A stretch of DNA of 64,000 nucleotides from Clostridia bacterium. GTDB taxonomy: Bacteria > Bacillota > Clostridia > Monoglobales > Firm-18. The notes under the pieces are model-generated. The model was not told the origin of the DNA. It was given only the letters and a program-made list of their open reading frames with translations, and made no database searches. Positions within the stretch are counted from its first letter, which is position 1; every line of letters starts with the position of its first letter. The position numbers were made by a program, and so were the translations under genes. Where the stretch lies: positions 2,511-66,510 of the forward strand of contig JAZREA010000021.1 in NCBI GenBank assembly GCA_045660545.1, written 5' to 3'. Positions 56,725-64,000 of the stretch are shown in pieces.

Positions 56725-56830
56725 TAAAGGTTTCCATAGACTCAGGCACAAAAATAAGTCCTGCCGAGGAATATAAATCATTGATTTTTCAAGGTTCTTC
56801 GTATGTCTATGGACGAAGAACCTTTTTTAT
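56725..56830 (+). ncRNA. ribosomal protein L10 leader (attenuator) candidate
   Basis: Terminator hairpin AAGGTTCTTCGT...ACGAAGAACCTT plus T-run at 56791-56830. TCCATAGAC (56733-56741) is complementary to GTCTATGGA (56805-56813), which lies in the loop and 3' arm of that terminator hairpin, giving an antiterminator alternative. Confidence 0.6.
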
Positions 56831-56854
56831 ACTTACTTGAAAGGAGGAACAAAA

Positions 56855-57505
56855 ATGCCAAGCGCAAAAATTTTGGAAAGCAAAAAACAGGTTGTTGCAA
56901 GTTTGACCGAAGAGCTCAAAAGTGCTGCGGCCGGTATTATTGTTGACTACCGCGGTCTTTCTGTTGAAGAGGACACAGAACTCAGAAGGAAATTCCGTGA
57001 GGCAGGTGTTAAATACACTGTTGTTAAAAACTCACTTTTGGGTTTCGCTGCTAAAGAAGTTGGTCTTGAAGGTCTTGATGAAGTTCTTCACGGTCCCACA
57101 GCTTTGGCTTACCATACAGACGATATGGTAGCTCCTGCAAAGATATTCTCTGACTTTGCTAAGACTCACGAGGTTATTTCCCTAAAGTCCGGTTTCTTAG
57201 AGGGAAGCGTTATGACACTTGACGAGGTTAAGAAATTAGCCGCTACACCGTCTAAGGAAGTTCTTATCGCAAAGATGATGGGAAGCTTGCAGTCCCCAAT
57301 ATCAGCACTCGCAAGATTGCTTGATACTATCGCAACTGGTGGCGTAGAAATCGCTGACCTTATTGCAAAGAAAAACGGCGAAGCTGTAGAAGCTGCTCCG
57401 GCTGCTGAGGAAGCTCCTGTTGAAGAAGCTCCTGCTGCTGAAGAAGCTCCTGCTGCTGAAGAGGCTCCCGCTGCTGAAGAAGCTCCGGCTGCTGACGCTG
57501 AATAA
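56855..57505 (+). CDS. rplJ: 50S ribosomal protein L10 with an Ala/Glu/Pro repeat tail
   Basis: Start at ATG 56855 behind AAGGAGG. The L10 body covers residues 1 to about 170, followed by (EEAPAA)-type repeats. Confidence 0.92.
   Translation: MPSAKILESKKQVVASLTEELKSAAAGIIVDYRGLSVEEDTELRRKFREAGVKYTVVKNSLLGFAAKEVGLEGLDEVLHGPTALAYHTDDMVAPAKIFSDFAKTHEVISLKSGFLEGSVMTLDEVKKLAATPSKEVLIAKMMGSLQSPISALARLLDTIATGGVEIADLIAKKNGEAVEAAPAAEEAPVEEAPAAEEAPAAEEAPAAEEAPAADAE
57381..57505 (+). repeat. 18-nt periodic coding repeat (GCTGCTGAAGAAGCTCCT-like) encoding the L10 tail
   Basis: EAVEAAPAAEEAPVEEAPAAEEAPAAEEAPAAEEAPAADAE. Confidence 0.9.
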
Positions 57506-57540
57506 TTACAATTAATTAATAATTTTAGGAGGTAAATAAA

Positions 57541-57906
57541 ATGACAGTTACAGAAATTTTAGACGCAATAAAAGAACTTAAATTGTTAGAAGTTGCAGAA
57601 CTCGTTAAAGCTATGGAGGAAGAATTCGGCGTAAGCGCTGCTGCTCCTGTTGCAGTTATGGCTGCTGGTGATGGCGCTGCTGCTGCTGAAGAAAAGTCTG
57701 ACTTCACAGTTGTACTTGCTAACGCTGGTGCAGAAAAGATTAAGGTTATCAAGGTTGTTCGTGAACTCACAGGTCTTGGCCTTAAGGAAGCTAAGGAATT
57801 AGTTGACGGTGCTCCTTCAACAGTTAAGGAAGGCGTTGACAAGGCTGCTGCTGACGAAATCAAGACTAAGTTAGAAGAAGTTGGCGCAACTGTTGAACTT
57901 AAGTAA
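57541..57906 (+). CDS. rplL: 50S ribosomal protein L7/L12
   Basis: 121 aa. [25 protein letters not shown]. Confidence 0.96.
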   Translation: MTVTEILDAIKELKLLEVAELVKAMEEEFGVSAAAPVAVMAAGDGAAAAEEKSDFTVVLANAGAEKIKVIKVVRELTGLGLKEAKELVDGAPSTVKEGVDKAAADEIKTKLEEVGATVELK

Positions 57907-57919
57907 TTTTGTTCATTAT

Positions 57920-57950
57920 AAAACGGTACGAATAATCGTACCGTTTTTTA
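57920..57950 (+). terminator. intrinsic terminator after rplL
   Basis: AAAACGGTACG-AATAAT-CGTACCGTTTT followed by TTT. Confidence 0.85.
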
Positions 57951-58049
57951 TTTTGCCTCTTCTTCCTCCTTTTTAAAATCTTGACAAAGCAACTGCTGCG
58001 GTTATATAATAATCTAAGCATAAGCACAAACATATAAGGAGTATTATTT

Positions 58050-58268
58050 ATGAAAAAGTTTTTAAAAATGACTGATTTAGACTGCGCACACTGCGCTGCA
58101 AAAATGGAAGCTAACATTTCAAAGCTTAACGGAGTAAACAGCGTTGTAATAAACTTTATGGCACAAAAAATGGCGATAGATATCGATGACGACAAGTTTG
58201 ACACCGTGATTTTAGATGTTATAAAAGAGTGCAAAAAGGTCGAGCCCGACTGTAACATAGTTTTGTAG
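58050..58268 (+). CDS. stand-alone heavy-metal-associated (HMA) domain protein
   Basis: 72 aa with the CadA-type metal site DCAHCAAKME. Upstream promoter TTGACA-18 nt-TATAAT lies at about 57972-58001. Confidence 0.75.
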   Translation: MKKFLKMTDLDCAHCAAKMEANISKLNGVNSVVINFMAQKMAIDIDDDKFDTVILDVIKECKKVEPDCNIVL

Positions 58269-58279
58269 AAGGTGAAAAG

Positions 58280-60118
58280 ATGCAAAAGAAACACCAAAAA
58301 AAGCTATCAAGGATAATTATAGCTGTCGCCTTGTTTATATTATACAGCGTGTTTGAGGCAGAATCCTTTGGCGGATGGCTGATTTTCCTTGTTCCGTACC
58401 TGGTTGTCGGCTACGACATCTTGTTAAAGTCTGCCAAAAACATTAGACGCGGCCAGATTTTTGACGAAAACTTTCTTATGACAATAGCTACCATAGGCGC
58501 CTTTATAATAGGCGACTACCACGAGGCGCTGTTTGTAATGATTTTCTACCAGGTTGGCGACTTGTTTGAGTCGATAGCCGTTAATAACAGCAGAAAGTCG
58601 ATATCCGCACTTGTCGACCTCGCGCCCGAATACGCAAACGTTATGCGCGACGGCCAGATTACATCGGTTTCTCCCGAGGAAGTGGAAGTTGGCGAAACGA
58701 TTGTTATCCGTCCGGGAGAAAAAGTTCCTCTCGACGGCGTGGTAATCGAGGGCCAAAGCTCGCTTGACACCTCGGCACTTACCGGTGAGGCTATGCCCAT
58801 CGACATCCTGGTCGGCAGCACAGTTCAAAGCGGCTCTATTAACCTAAACGGCGTTGTACATGTTAAAACAACAGGCAGCTTTGAAAACTCTACTGCTTCA
58901 AAGATTATGGAGCTTGTCGAAAACTCCTCTATGAACAAAGCCGAGGCAGAAAGCTTTATTACCCGCTTTTCAAGGTACTACACACCTGTTGTCGTGGCAT
59001 TTGCCGCGCTTATGTCGGTAGTTCCTCCTCTGTTTGTCGGGAACTGGCAAATGTGGTTTAGCCGTGCGCTTATATTCCTCGTAGTATCGTGTCCGTGCGC
59101 GCTTGTAATTTCGATTCCTCTTTCGTTCTTCGGAGGTATCGGCGTGGCGTCTAAAAACGGTATTTTAGTCAAGGGCTCTAACTACTTAGAGCAGCTCGCA
59201 AAGGCAGACAAAGTGGTGTTTGACAAAACGGGGACCTTAACAAAGGGCAAGTTCAGCGTAAGCTGCGTGCACCCATATAACAACCTCGACAAAGACGAGG
59301 TGCTAAAATACACCGCCTTGGCAGAAAGCTATTCTTCCCACCCCATTTCCGAATCGCTGCGCGCCGCGTTTGATGTTGCCGGCCGCGATGACGTAATAAA
59401 AGATATTGAGGAAATCGGCGGTCGGGGTGTTAAGGCCGTAATCAACGGCAAGAGCATATGCGTAGGCAACGAAAGCCTGATGCAAAGCCTGGGGATTTCC
59501 TGCCCCGAATGCCCGCACTCGGGAACGGTTGTTCATCTTTCGATAGACGGACAATACGCGGGACATATAGAAATTACTGACGAAATAAAGCCCGACTCTT
59601 ACCCTGCTGTATCAGCAGTTAAAAAGCAGGGAATAAAAAAGGTTATAATGCTCACAGGAGACAACGAATCTGTGGCAAAGTCGGTTGCCGAAAAGCTTGG
59701 TATCACAGAATATTACTCAAAGCTTTTGCCGCTTGACAAGGTAACCCACATAGAGCGTATTATAAATGAATCGGAAGGCAAGACGATTTTCGTAGGTGAC
59801 GGAATTAACGACGCCCCCGTTTTAGCACGCGCCGATGTAGGTGTTGCGATGGGCGGACTCGGCTCTGACGCCGCGATTGAAGCGGCAGACGTTATCATTA
59901 TGGACGATAACCCCTTAAAACTCACACTTATGTTAAAAATTGCGAAAAAAACGCAAAAAATTGTGAAAGAAAATATAATTTTTGCGCTCGGAATTAAGCT
60001 TGCTGTGCTCTTACTTGGCGCATTTGGTTATACTAATATGTGGCTTGCGTCGTTTGCAGACGTAGGCGTTTCCGTAATAGCTATACTAAACTCTCTGCGA
60101 GCTCTTAATGTGCGATAA
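58280..60118 (+). CDS. heavy-metal-translocating P1B-type ATPase (Zn/Cd/Pb-type signature)
   Basis: 612 aa with CPCALVISIP (CPCx4SxP), DKTGTLT, GDGINDAP and a C-terminal ADVGVSVIAILNSLR. No fused N-terminal HMA domain. Confidence 0.88.
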   Translation: MQKKHQKKLSRIIIAVALFILYSVFEAESFGGWLIFLVPYLVVGYDILLKSAKNIRRGQIFDENFLMTIATIGAFIIGDYHEALFVMIFYQVGDLFESIAVNNSRKSISALVDLAPEYANVMRDGQITSVSPEEVEVGETIVIRPGEKVPLDGVVIEGQSSLDTSALTGEAMPIDILVGSTVQSGSINLNGVVHVKTTGSFENSTASKIMELVENSSMNKAEAESFITRFSRYYTPVVVAFAALMSVVPPLFVGNWQMWFSRALIFLVVSCPCALVISIPLSFFGGIGVASKNGILVKGSNYLEQLAKADKVVFDKTGTLTKGKFSVSCVHPYNNLDKDEVLKYTALAESYSSHPISESLRAAFDVAGRDDVIKDIEEIGGRGVKAVINGKSICVGNESLMQSLGISCPECPHSGTVVHLSIDGQYAGHIEITDEIKPDSYPAVSAVKKQGIKKVIMLTGDNESVAKSVAEKLGITEYYSKLLPLDKVTHIERIINESEGKTIFVGDGINDAPVLARADVGVAMGGLGSDAAIEAADVIIMDDNPLKLTLMLKIAKKTQKIVKENIIFALGIKLAVLLLGAFGYTNMWLASFADVGVSVIAILNSLRALNVR

Positions 60119-60120
60119 TA

Positions 60121-60157
60121 AAAAAAGTGATGTAATTTTTTACATCACTTTTTTTAT
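60121..60157. terminator. bidirectional intrinsic terminator
   Basis: A6-GTGATGTAA-TTTT-TTACATCAC-T7. Confidence 0.85.
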
Positions 60158-60410
60158 GGGCAGTCGAAAAATAGCGCAGATTGGACAAACTGAGCGAAAG
60201 CAAGGTTATTCCTTGCTTTCGGCTACCCGAAGGCGTACGGGGTACGTCGAGAGGCGAAATTTGTTCAAAACACAATGCAATAAGAAAGAAGAAATTCGAA
60301 AATCATCGAATTTCTTCCTGCAAATAATTATTTCATCTGTTTTTTACCAGCAAAGAGGCTTTATAATTCGTTATTTCGCATTGTGTGGTATGCGCATTTT
60401 GCTACTGCCC
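60158..60410. repeat. inverted-repeat-bounded non-coding module B (MITE-like or structured RNA candidate)
   Basis: Left arm GGGCAGTCGAAAAATAGCGCA (60158-60178) versus the reverse complement of the right arm, GGGCAGTAGCAAAATGCGCA (60391-60410). Weaker arm similarity extends to about 45 nt. The interior holds perfect hairpins at 60199-60225 and 60288-60317. Confidence 0.55.
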
Positions 60411-60416
60411 CTTTAT

Positions 60417-60986
60417 TTAAAATTCTTTTTCTATGCTTTGTCTTATCATATCAATAGTGTCTTTTGTGTTTTCCAGTTCGCCGGAGTCAATCATAAGAGT
60501 CGCTCCATATATAAGCGAGCGAATTATAAAGACTTTGTTTTGCTCCTCTTCCTTTGGGATGTTATATTTATCGCAACAAGCATAAATAAGCTCGTTTGTG
60601 GTGTCGGTAATTTGTGTCATAAGGCTTTTCTTCTCGTCGCCAAAGCCGTCTGTTTTAAGCATAAGCACCGTACGAAAATTCGGGTTCGCAATCCAGAACC
60701 TGACATACGCAACACAAGTTTCCACCAGCTTCTTTTTCACGTCATCTTCAAACACCAAAGCAACCTGGTTTTGCAGCATCAGCCATTGGTTGTGAATGTA
60801 AAGGACAATTTCTGCTATAAAGTCTTCCTTGTCCTTAAAGTGCTTATACGGAGCGGCGCAGGACACATTACACGCCGACGCAACACGCCTTAAAGAAAAG
60901 TCGCTGATGCCGTGTTCTTCAATCTCGGCGATCCCGGCTGTTATTAACTTTTGCTTTACTGTTTCGTTACCCTCAAAATAATCCAT
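60417..60986 (-). CDS. TetR/AcrR family transcriptional regulator
   Basis: Start moved to ATG 60986 (MDYFEGNETVKQKL), which has GAGGG upstream. HTH segment FSLRRVASACNVSCAAPYKHF. Confidence 0.85.
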   Translation of the reverse strand: MDYFEGNETVKQKLITAGIAEIEEHGISDFSLRRVASACNVSCAAPYKHFKDKEDFIAEIVLYIHNQWLMLQNQVALVFEDDVKKKLVETCVAYVRFWIANPNFRTVLMLKTDGFGDEKKSLMTQITDTTNELIYACCDKYNIPKEEEQNKVFIIRSLIYGATLMIDSGELENTKDTIDMIRQSIEKEF

Positions 60987-61087
60987 ATTAGTACCCTCTG
61001 TTTCCATATGAACGTAATATATTGATAATTTTAATTTGTATGTATTAATCATAGCACACTTTTTATAAATAATCAATCTAAATACTA

Positions 61088-61147
61088 TTGACAAATTTTA
61101 TAATTGTGGTATAATGTTGTTCAAATAAAGTTAACAGTGTTAACTTT
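61088..61147 (+). promoter_or_regulatory. pheA promoter (TTGACA-16 nt-TGgTATAAT) followed by a perfect 9+9 palindrome
   Basis: TTGACA at 61088-61093 and TATAAT at 61110-61115. Palindrome AAAGTTAAC-AGT-GTTAACTTT at 61127-61147. Confidence 0.6.
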
Positions 61148-61161
61148 AACGGAGGTAAGTT

Positions 61162-62265
61162 ATGGATAAACTTCAAGCTGCAAGAGAGAGTATTAATTCA
61201 ATCGACAAGGAAATGGCAAGGCTTTTTTGCGAGAGAATGGACGCGGTAAAGCTTGTTGCCGAGCATAAAAGGGAGCATGGTATCCCTGTTTTTGATTCCG
61301 AAAGAGAAGCTGAGGTTATAAAAAGCAATTCTCTTCTAATTGAGGACGAAGAGCTAAGGGCGTACTATGTAAATTACATAAAATCACTTATGGATATTTC
61401 TAAAAACTACCAGCATCGCATTTTAGAGGGCGCGCGTATTGCTTACTGTGGTGTTGAGGGTGCTTTTGCCCACATCGCCGCTAAAAGCATCTTCCCGGAC
61501 GCCTTGCTTGAGTCGTACCCAAGCTTTGAAGAAGCTTACCAGTCGGTCGAAAACGGCGTGTGCGACTCGGTTGTTCTCCCCATAGAAAACAGCTATGCGG
61601 GCGAGGTGGCCCAGGTGGCTGACCTTATGTTCGAGGGCTCTTTGTTTGTCAACGGCATCTATGACCTACACATTACCCACAACCTTTTGGGAACTCCCGA
61701 CGCTGATATTTCCGACATAACTACTGTCGTAAGTCACCCTCAGGCGCTTAGCCAATGCGGCAAATACATATCGGAAAAAGGTTTTAAAAGCGTAAAAGCT
61801 GCAAACACTGCCATAGCCGCACAAAGCGTAGCCGAAGGCGCCGACAAATCAATCGCCGCCATCGCAAGCAGGGAAACAGCTAAGCTTTATAACCTTAAAG
61901 TTTTAGACCATCATATAAATTCCAGCAATTCAAACACCACTCGTTTTGCAGTTTTCTCGAGGGCACAAAACAAAGTGCCCCAAGGCTCAAACAATTTCAT
62001 TCTTATTTTCACAGTAAACAACGAAGCGGGAGCTCTTGCAAAAGCGATTAACATTATCGGTAAATACGGCTTTAATATGAAGGCTCTTAGAAGCCGACCA
62101 ATAAAGAGCGTAAGCTGGCAATACTATTTTTACGCCGAAGGCGAGGGAGATATCGAAAGCGAAAACGGTAAAAAAATGCTTTCCAACCTCTCGGACTATT
62201 GCGACAAGGTTAGTGTAGTCGGCACATTTTCAAACGACACCATTCTTTCTGACGAGGAGGAATAA
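61162..62265 (+). CDS. pheA: bifunctional chorismate mutase / prephenate dehydratase
   Basis: N-terminal CM_2 helix (LQAARESINSIDKEMARLFCERM), a PDT domain (RIAYCGVEGAFAH) and a C-terminal ACT domain. Confidence 0.85.
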   Translation: MDKLQAARESINSIDKEMARLFCERMDAVKLVAEHKREHGIPVFDSEREAEVIKSNSLLIEDEELRAYYVNYIKSLMDISKNYQHRILEGARIAYCGVEGAFAHIAAKSIFPDALLESYPSFEEAYQSVENGVCDSVVLPIENSYAGEVAQVADLMFEGSLFVNGIYDLHITHNLLGTPDADISDITTVVSHPQALSQCGKYISEKGFKSVKAANTAIAAQSVAEGADKSIAAIASRETAKLYNLKVLDHHINSSNSNTTRFAVFSRAQNKVPQGSNNFILIFTVNNEAGALAKAINIIGKYGFNMKALRSRPIKSVSWQYYFYAEGEGDIESENGKKMLSNLSDYCDKVSVVGTFSNDTILSDEEE

Positions 62266-62268
62266 TAT

Positions 62269-63291
62269 ATGAAAATTTTTGTTGATTTAGGTCAAAACAG
62301 CTACGACATATTAGTTAAAAGGGGAGCTTTAAAGGATGCAGCCAAAGAGCTTAATCTGGACAGAAAAGTTTTTATCATAACAGATGACGGAGTCCCCTCC
62401 TCTTACGCAGAATGTATCGCGTCGCAATGCAAACAGGCGCATGTCCACACTATTAAAAGCGGCGAGGAGTCCAAATCCATCGAGGTATATAAAGAGCTTT
62501 TGTCCCGCATGCTTAACTTAGGCTTTGACAGAAAAGACTGTGTCGTCGCAGTAGGTGGCGGTGTAGTAGGCGATATATCGGGGTTTGTTGCCGCTTCATA
62601 TATGAGGGGTGTTGATTTTTACAACGTTCCGACCACCGTGCTTGCACAGATTGATTCATCAATAGGAGGCAAGGTCGCAGTAAACCTTTGCGGCATAAAA
62701 AATATTGTGGGCGCTTTTTATCAGCCAAAGAAAGTGCTTATCGACCCCGACGTATTATCCACACTTGACGCCCGCCAGATTTCAAACGGGCTTAGCGAGG
62801 CGGTAAAAATGTCGCTTACGTCTGACGCCGAGCTGTTCTCTCTTTTCGAGACAGGGGACGCTCTAAAAAACATCGACGAGATTATTATAAAATCTCTTAT
62901 GATAAAGAAAAACGTAGTGCAGCAAGACGAAAAGGAAAACGGGCTACGAAAGGTGCTTAACTTCGGCCACACGATAGGCCACGGAATCGAGGCACAAAAA
63001 GAGCCAGAGCTTTATCACGGCGAATGTGTCGCGCTCGGTATGATACCTATGTGCGCGCCGGCTGTAAAAGAAAGGCTTATAGCCGTTTTAAACAAGCTTT
63101 CTTTACCCGTAAAAGTGCAGATTGACACAGACAAGGTCATTACGGCAATTGAGCACGACAAAAAGGCGTGCGGAGAATATGTAACGGCAGTATATGTTGA
63201 AGAAGTCGGAAGTTTTACATTCAAAAAGGTTAATCCCAAAGAACTAAAAAGTGAAATCGAAACTATTATGGAAAGGGGCGAAACTCTTTGA
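62269..63291 (+). CDS. aroB: 3-dehydroquinate synthase
   Basis: 340 aa with motifs VAVGGGVVGDISGF, GGKVAVN and NFGHTIGHGIE. Confidence 0.88.
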   Translation: MKIFVDLGQNSYDILVKRGALKDAAKELNLDRKVFIITDDGVPSSYAECIASQCKQAHVHTIKSGEESKSIEVYKELLSRMLNLGFDRKDCVVAVGGGVVGDISGFVAASYMRGVDFYNVPTTVLAQIDSSIGGKVAVNLCGIKNIVGAFYQPKKVLIDPDVLSTLDARQISNGLSEAVKMSLTSDAELFSLFETGDALKNIDEIIIKSLMIKKNVVQQDEKENGLRKVLNFGHTIGHGIEAQKEPELYHGECVALGMIPMCAPAVKERLIAVLNKLSLPVKVQIDTDKVITAIEHDKKACGEYVTAVYVEEVGSFTFKKVNPKELKSEIETIMERGETL

Positions 63292-64000
63292 AAAACACAT
63301 TCGGTCAAAGCGTTAGTGTAACGCTCTTTGGCGAAAGCCACGGCGAAGCAATCGGCGTCGTTATAGACGGACTTTGCGCAGGTATTAAAGTAGATAACGA
63401 ATTCATCGCCTCGCAGCTTACAAAGAGGCGCCCTTACGGCAACATTTCGACCAAAAGGTGCGAGCCCGACGAATTTCAAATAGTAAGCGGGGTGTTTGAA
63501 GGCAAAACCACAGGCACACCCATTTGCATCATAATACCAAACACAGATACAAAAAGCTCGGACTACTCTAAAACACGTTTCCTCGCAAGGCCGTCCCACG
63601 CCGACTACACAGCGAACGTTAAATATCACGGATTCCAGGACTACCGTGGCGGCGGACATTTCAGCGGACGCATAACCGCGCCCCTTGTTGCAGCAGGCGC
63701 AATAGCAATTAACGCACTGGGTAAAAAGGGGATTAAAATCGGAACTCATATCAAGGCGTGCGCGGGCATTTACGACCGCAATTTTCAAGATACAGACAAA
63801 GATATAGGCTACCTGTCATCTGCTATGTTCCCCGTCTTAGACAGTGAGGCGGGCGAGAAAATGAAAGAAGCCATAAAAGCAGCGGCAAAAGACGGCGACA
63901 GCGTAGGCGGAATTTTAGAGACCTGTATAACAGGTGTAGACGCAGGAGTTGGAGAGCCATGGTTTGACTCTGTTGAAAGTCAGCTTTCTCACATTCTCTT
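63288..64000 (+). CDS. aroC: chorismate synthase (C-terminal end beyond the window)
   Basis: Own translation from TTG 63288, which overlaps the aroB stop: LKNTFGQSVSVTLFGESHGEAIGVVIDGLCAG...RPSHADYTANVKYHGFQDYRGGGHFSGR. Not in the ORF track because it runs off the window. Confidence 0.88.
   Translation, partial: MKNTFGQSVSVTLFGESHGEAIGVVIDGLCAGIKVDNEFIASQLTKRRPYGNISTKRCEPDEFQIVSGVFEGKTTGTPICIIIPNTDTKSSDYSKTRFLARPSHADYTANVKYHGFQDYRGGGHFSGRITAPLVAAGAIAINALGKKGIKIGTHIKACAGIYDRNFQDTDKDIGYLSSAMFPVLDSEAGEKMKEAIKAAAKDGDSVGGILETCITGVDAGVGEPWFDSVESQLSHIL

Noticed and set aside
57381-57505. Periodic 18-nt repeats considered as a possible CRISPR or other non-coding tandem array.
   Set aside because: The repeats are contiguous with no spacers, in frame, and encode the Ala/Glu/Pro tail of L10. 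No CRISPR-like repeat-spacer architecture exists anywhere in the window.
60108-60893. A 261-aa plus-strand ORF spanning the ATPase terminator, module B and the antisense of tetR.
   Set aside because: It reads straight through a strong bidirectional terminator and hairpin-rich non-coding DNA. The tetR gene on the opposite strand has a clear HTH motif.
63015-63788. A 257-aa minus-strand ORF antisense to aroB/aroC.
   Set aside because: The sense strand encodes unmistakable AroB and AroC sequences. The antisense product is Cys/Ala/Val-rich with no motif and no RBS.

Overview
This 64-kb window is a chromosomal segment from an endospore-forming Firmicute, Clostridia-like. The markers are spoIID, a gerA-type operon, ypeB and an alpha/beta SASP gene. 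All calls rest on motif recognition in the translations and on reading the DNA; no database search was possible.

Layout:
- 1-11.2 kb, minus strand: a tightly coupled Wzx/Wzy-type surface-polysaccharide locus. It holds fnlA/fnlB/fnlC-type L-FucNAc genes, 3 glycosyltransferases, a pyruvyl transferase and an uncharacterised nucleotidyltransferase.
- 11.4-13.5 kb: an orphan phage-like module (collagen-repeat tail-fibre-like protein plus an XkdX-like small ORF, own terminator). It abuts a 5'-truncated polysaccharide deacetylase remnant.
- 13.6-23.9 kb: the dcw cluster mraZ-rsmH-ftsL-PBP-murE-murF-mraY-ftsW-murG, with no murD.
- 23.9-32.8 kb, minus strand: a housekeeping run of U32 peptidase, trmR-like methyltransferase, mltG, CPBP protease, DJ-1, DUF2156, tmk, thyX, tagA-like and LUD genes.
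- 32.9-38.2 kb: gerAA/AB/AC-type genes, ypeB and a SASP gene.
- 38.5-51.6 kb: recG, yloV and asp23, two half-size TauE genes, ttcA-like and tcdA-like genes, an SGNH hydrolase, an ABC exporter pair and a secreted repeat protein.
- 51.7-57.9 kb: spoIID, an M23 peptidase, rsmG, then rpmG-secE-nusG-rplK-rplA-rplJ-rplL.
- 58-64 kb: an HMA protein plus a Zn/Cd-type P1B ATPase, tetR, and pheA-aroB-aroC.

Most unusual observations:
- Two non-coding modules of about 250-315 bp, each bounded by long imperfect inverted repeats and packed with nested hairpins. Both sit between convergent gene ends (38216-38540 and 60158-60410) and share an identical 11-nt right boundary.
- The orphan collagen-like tail-fibre/XkdX module wedged between the glycan locus and a broken deacetylase gene.
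- An unknown nucleotidyltransferase translationally coupled inside the fnl pathway.
- A translationally coupled thyX-tmk-DUF2156-DJ-1 chain.
- Low-complexity extensions on ribosomal protein L10 and on SecE.

No CRISPR array, rRNA gene or intact tRNA gene was seen.
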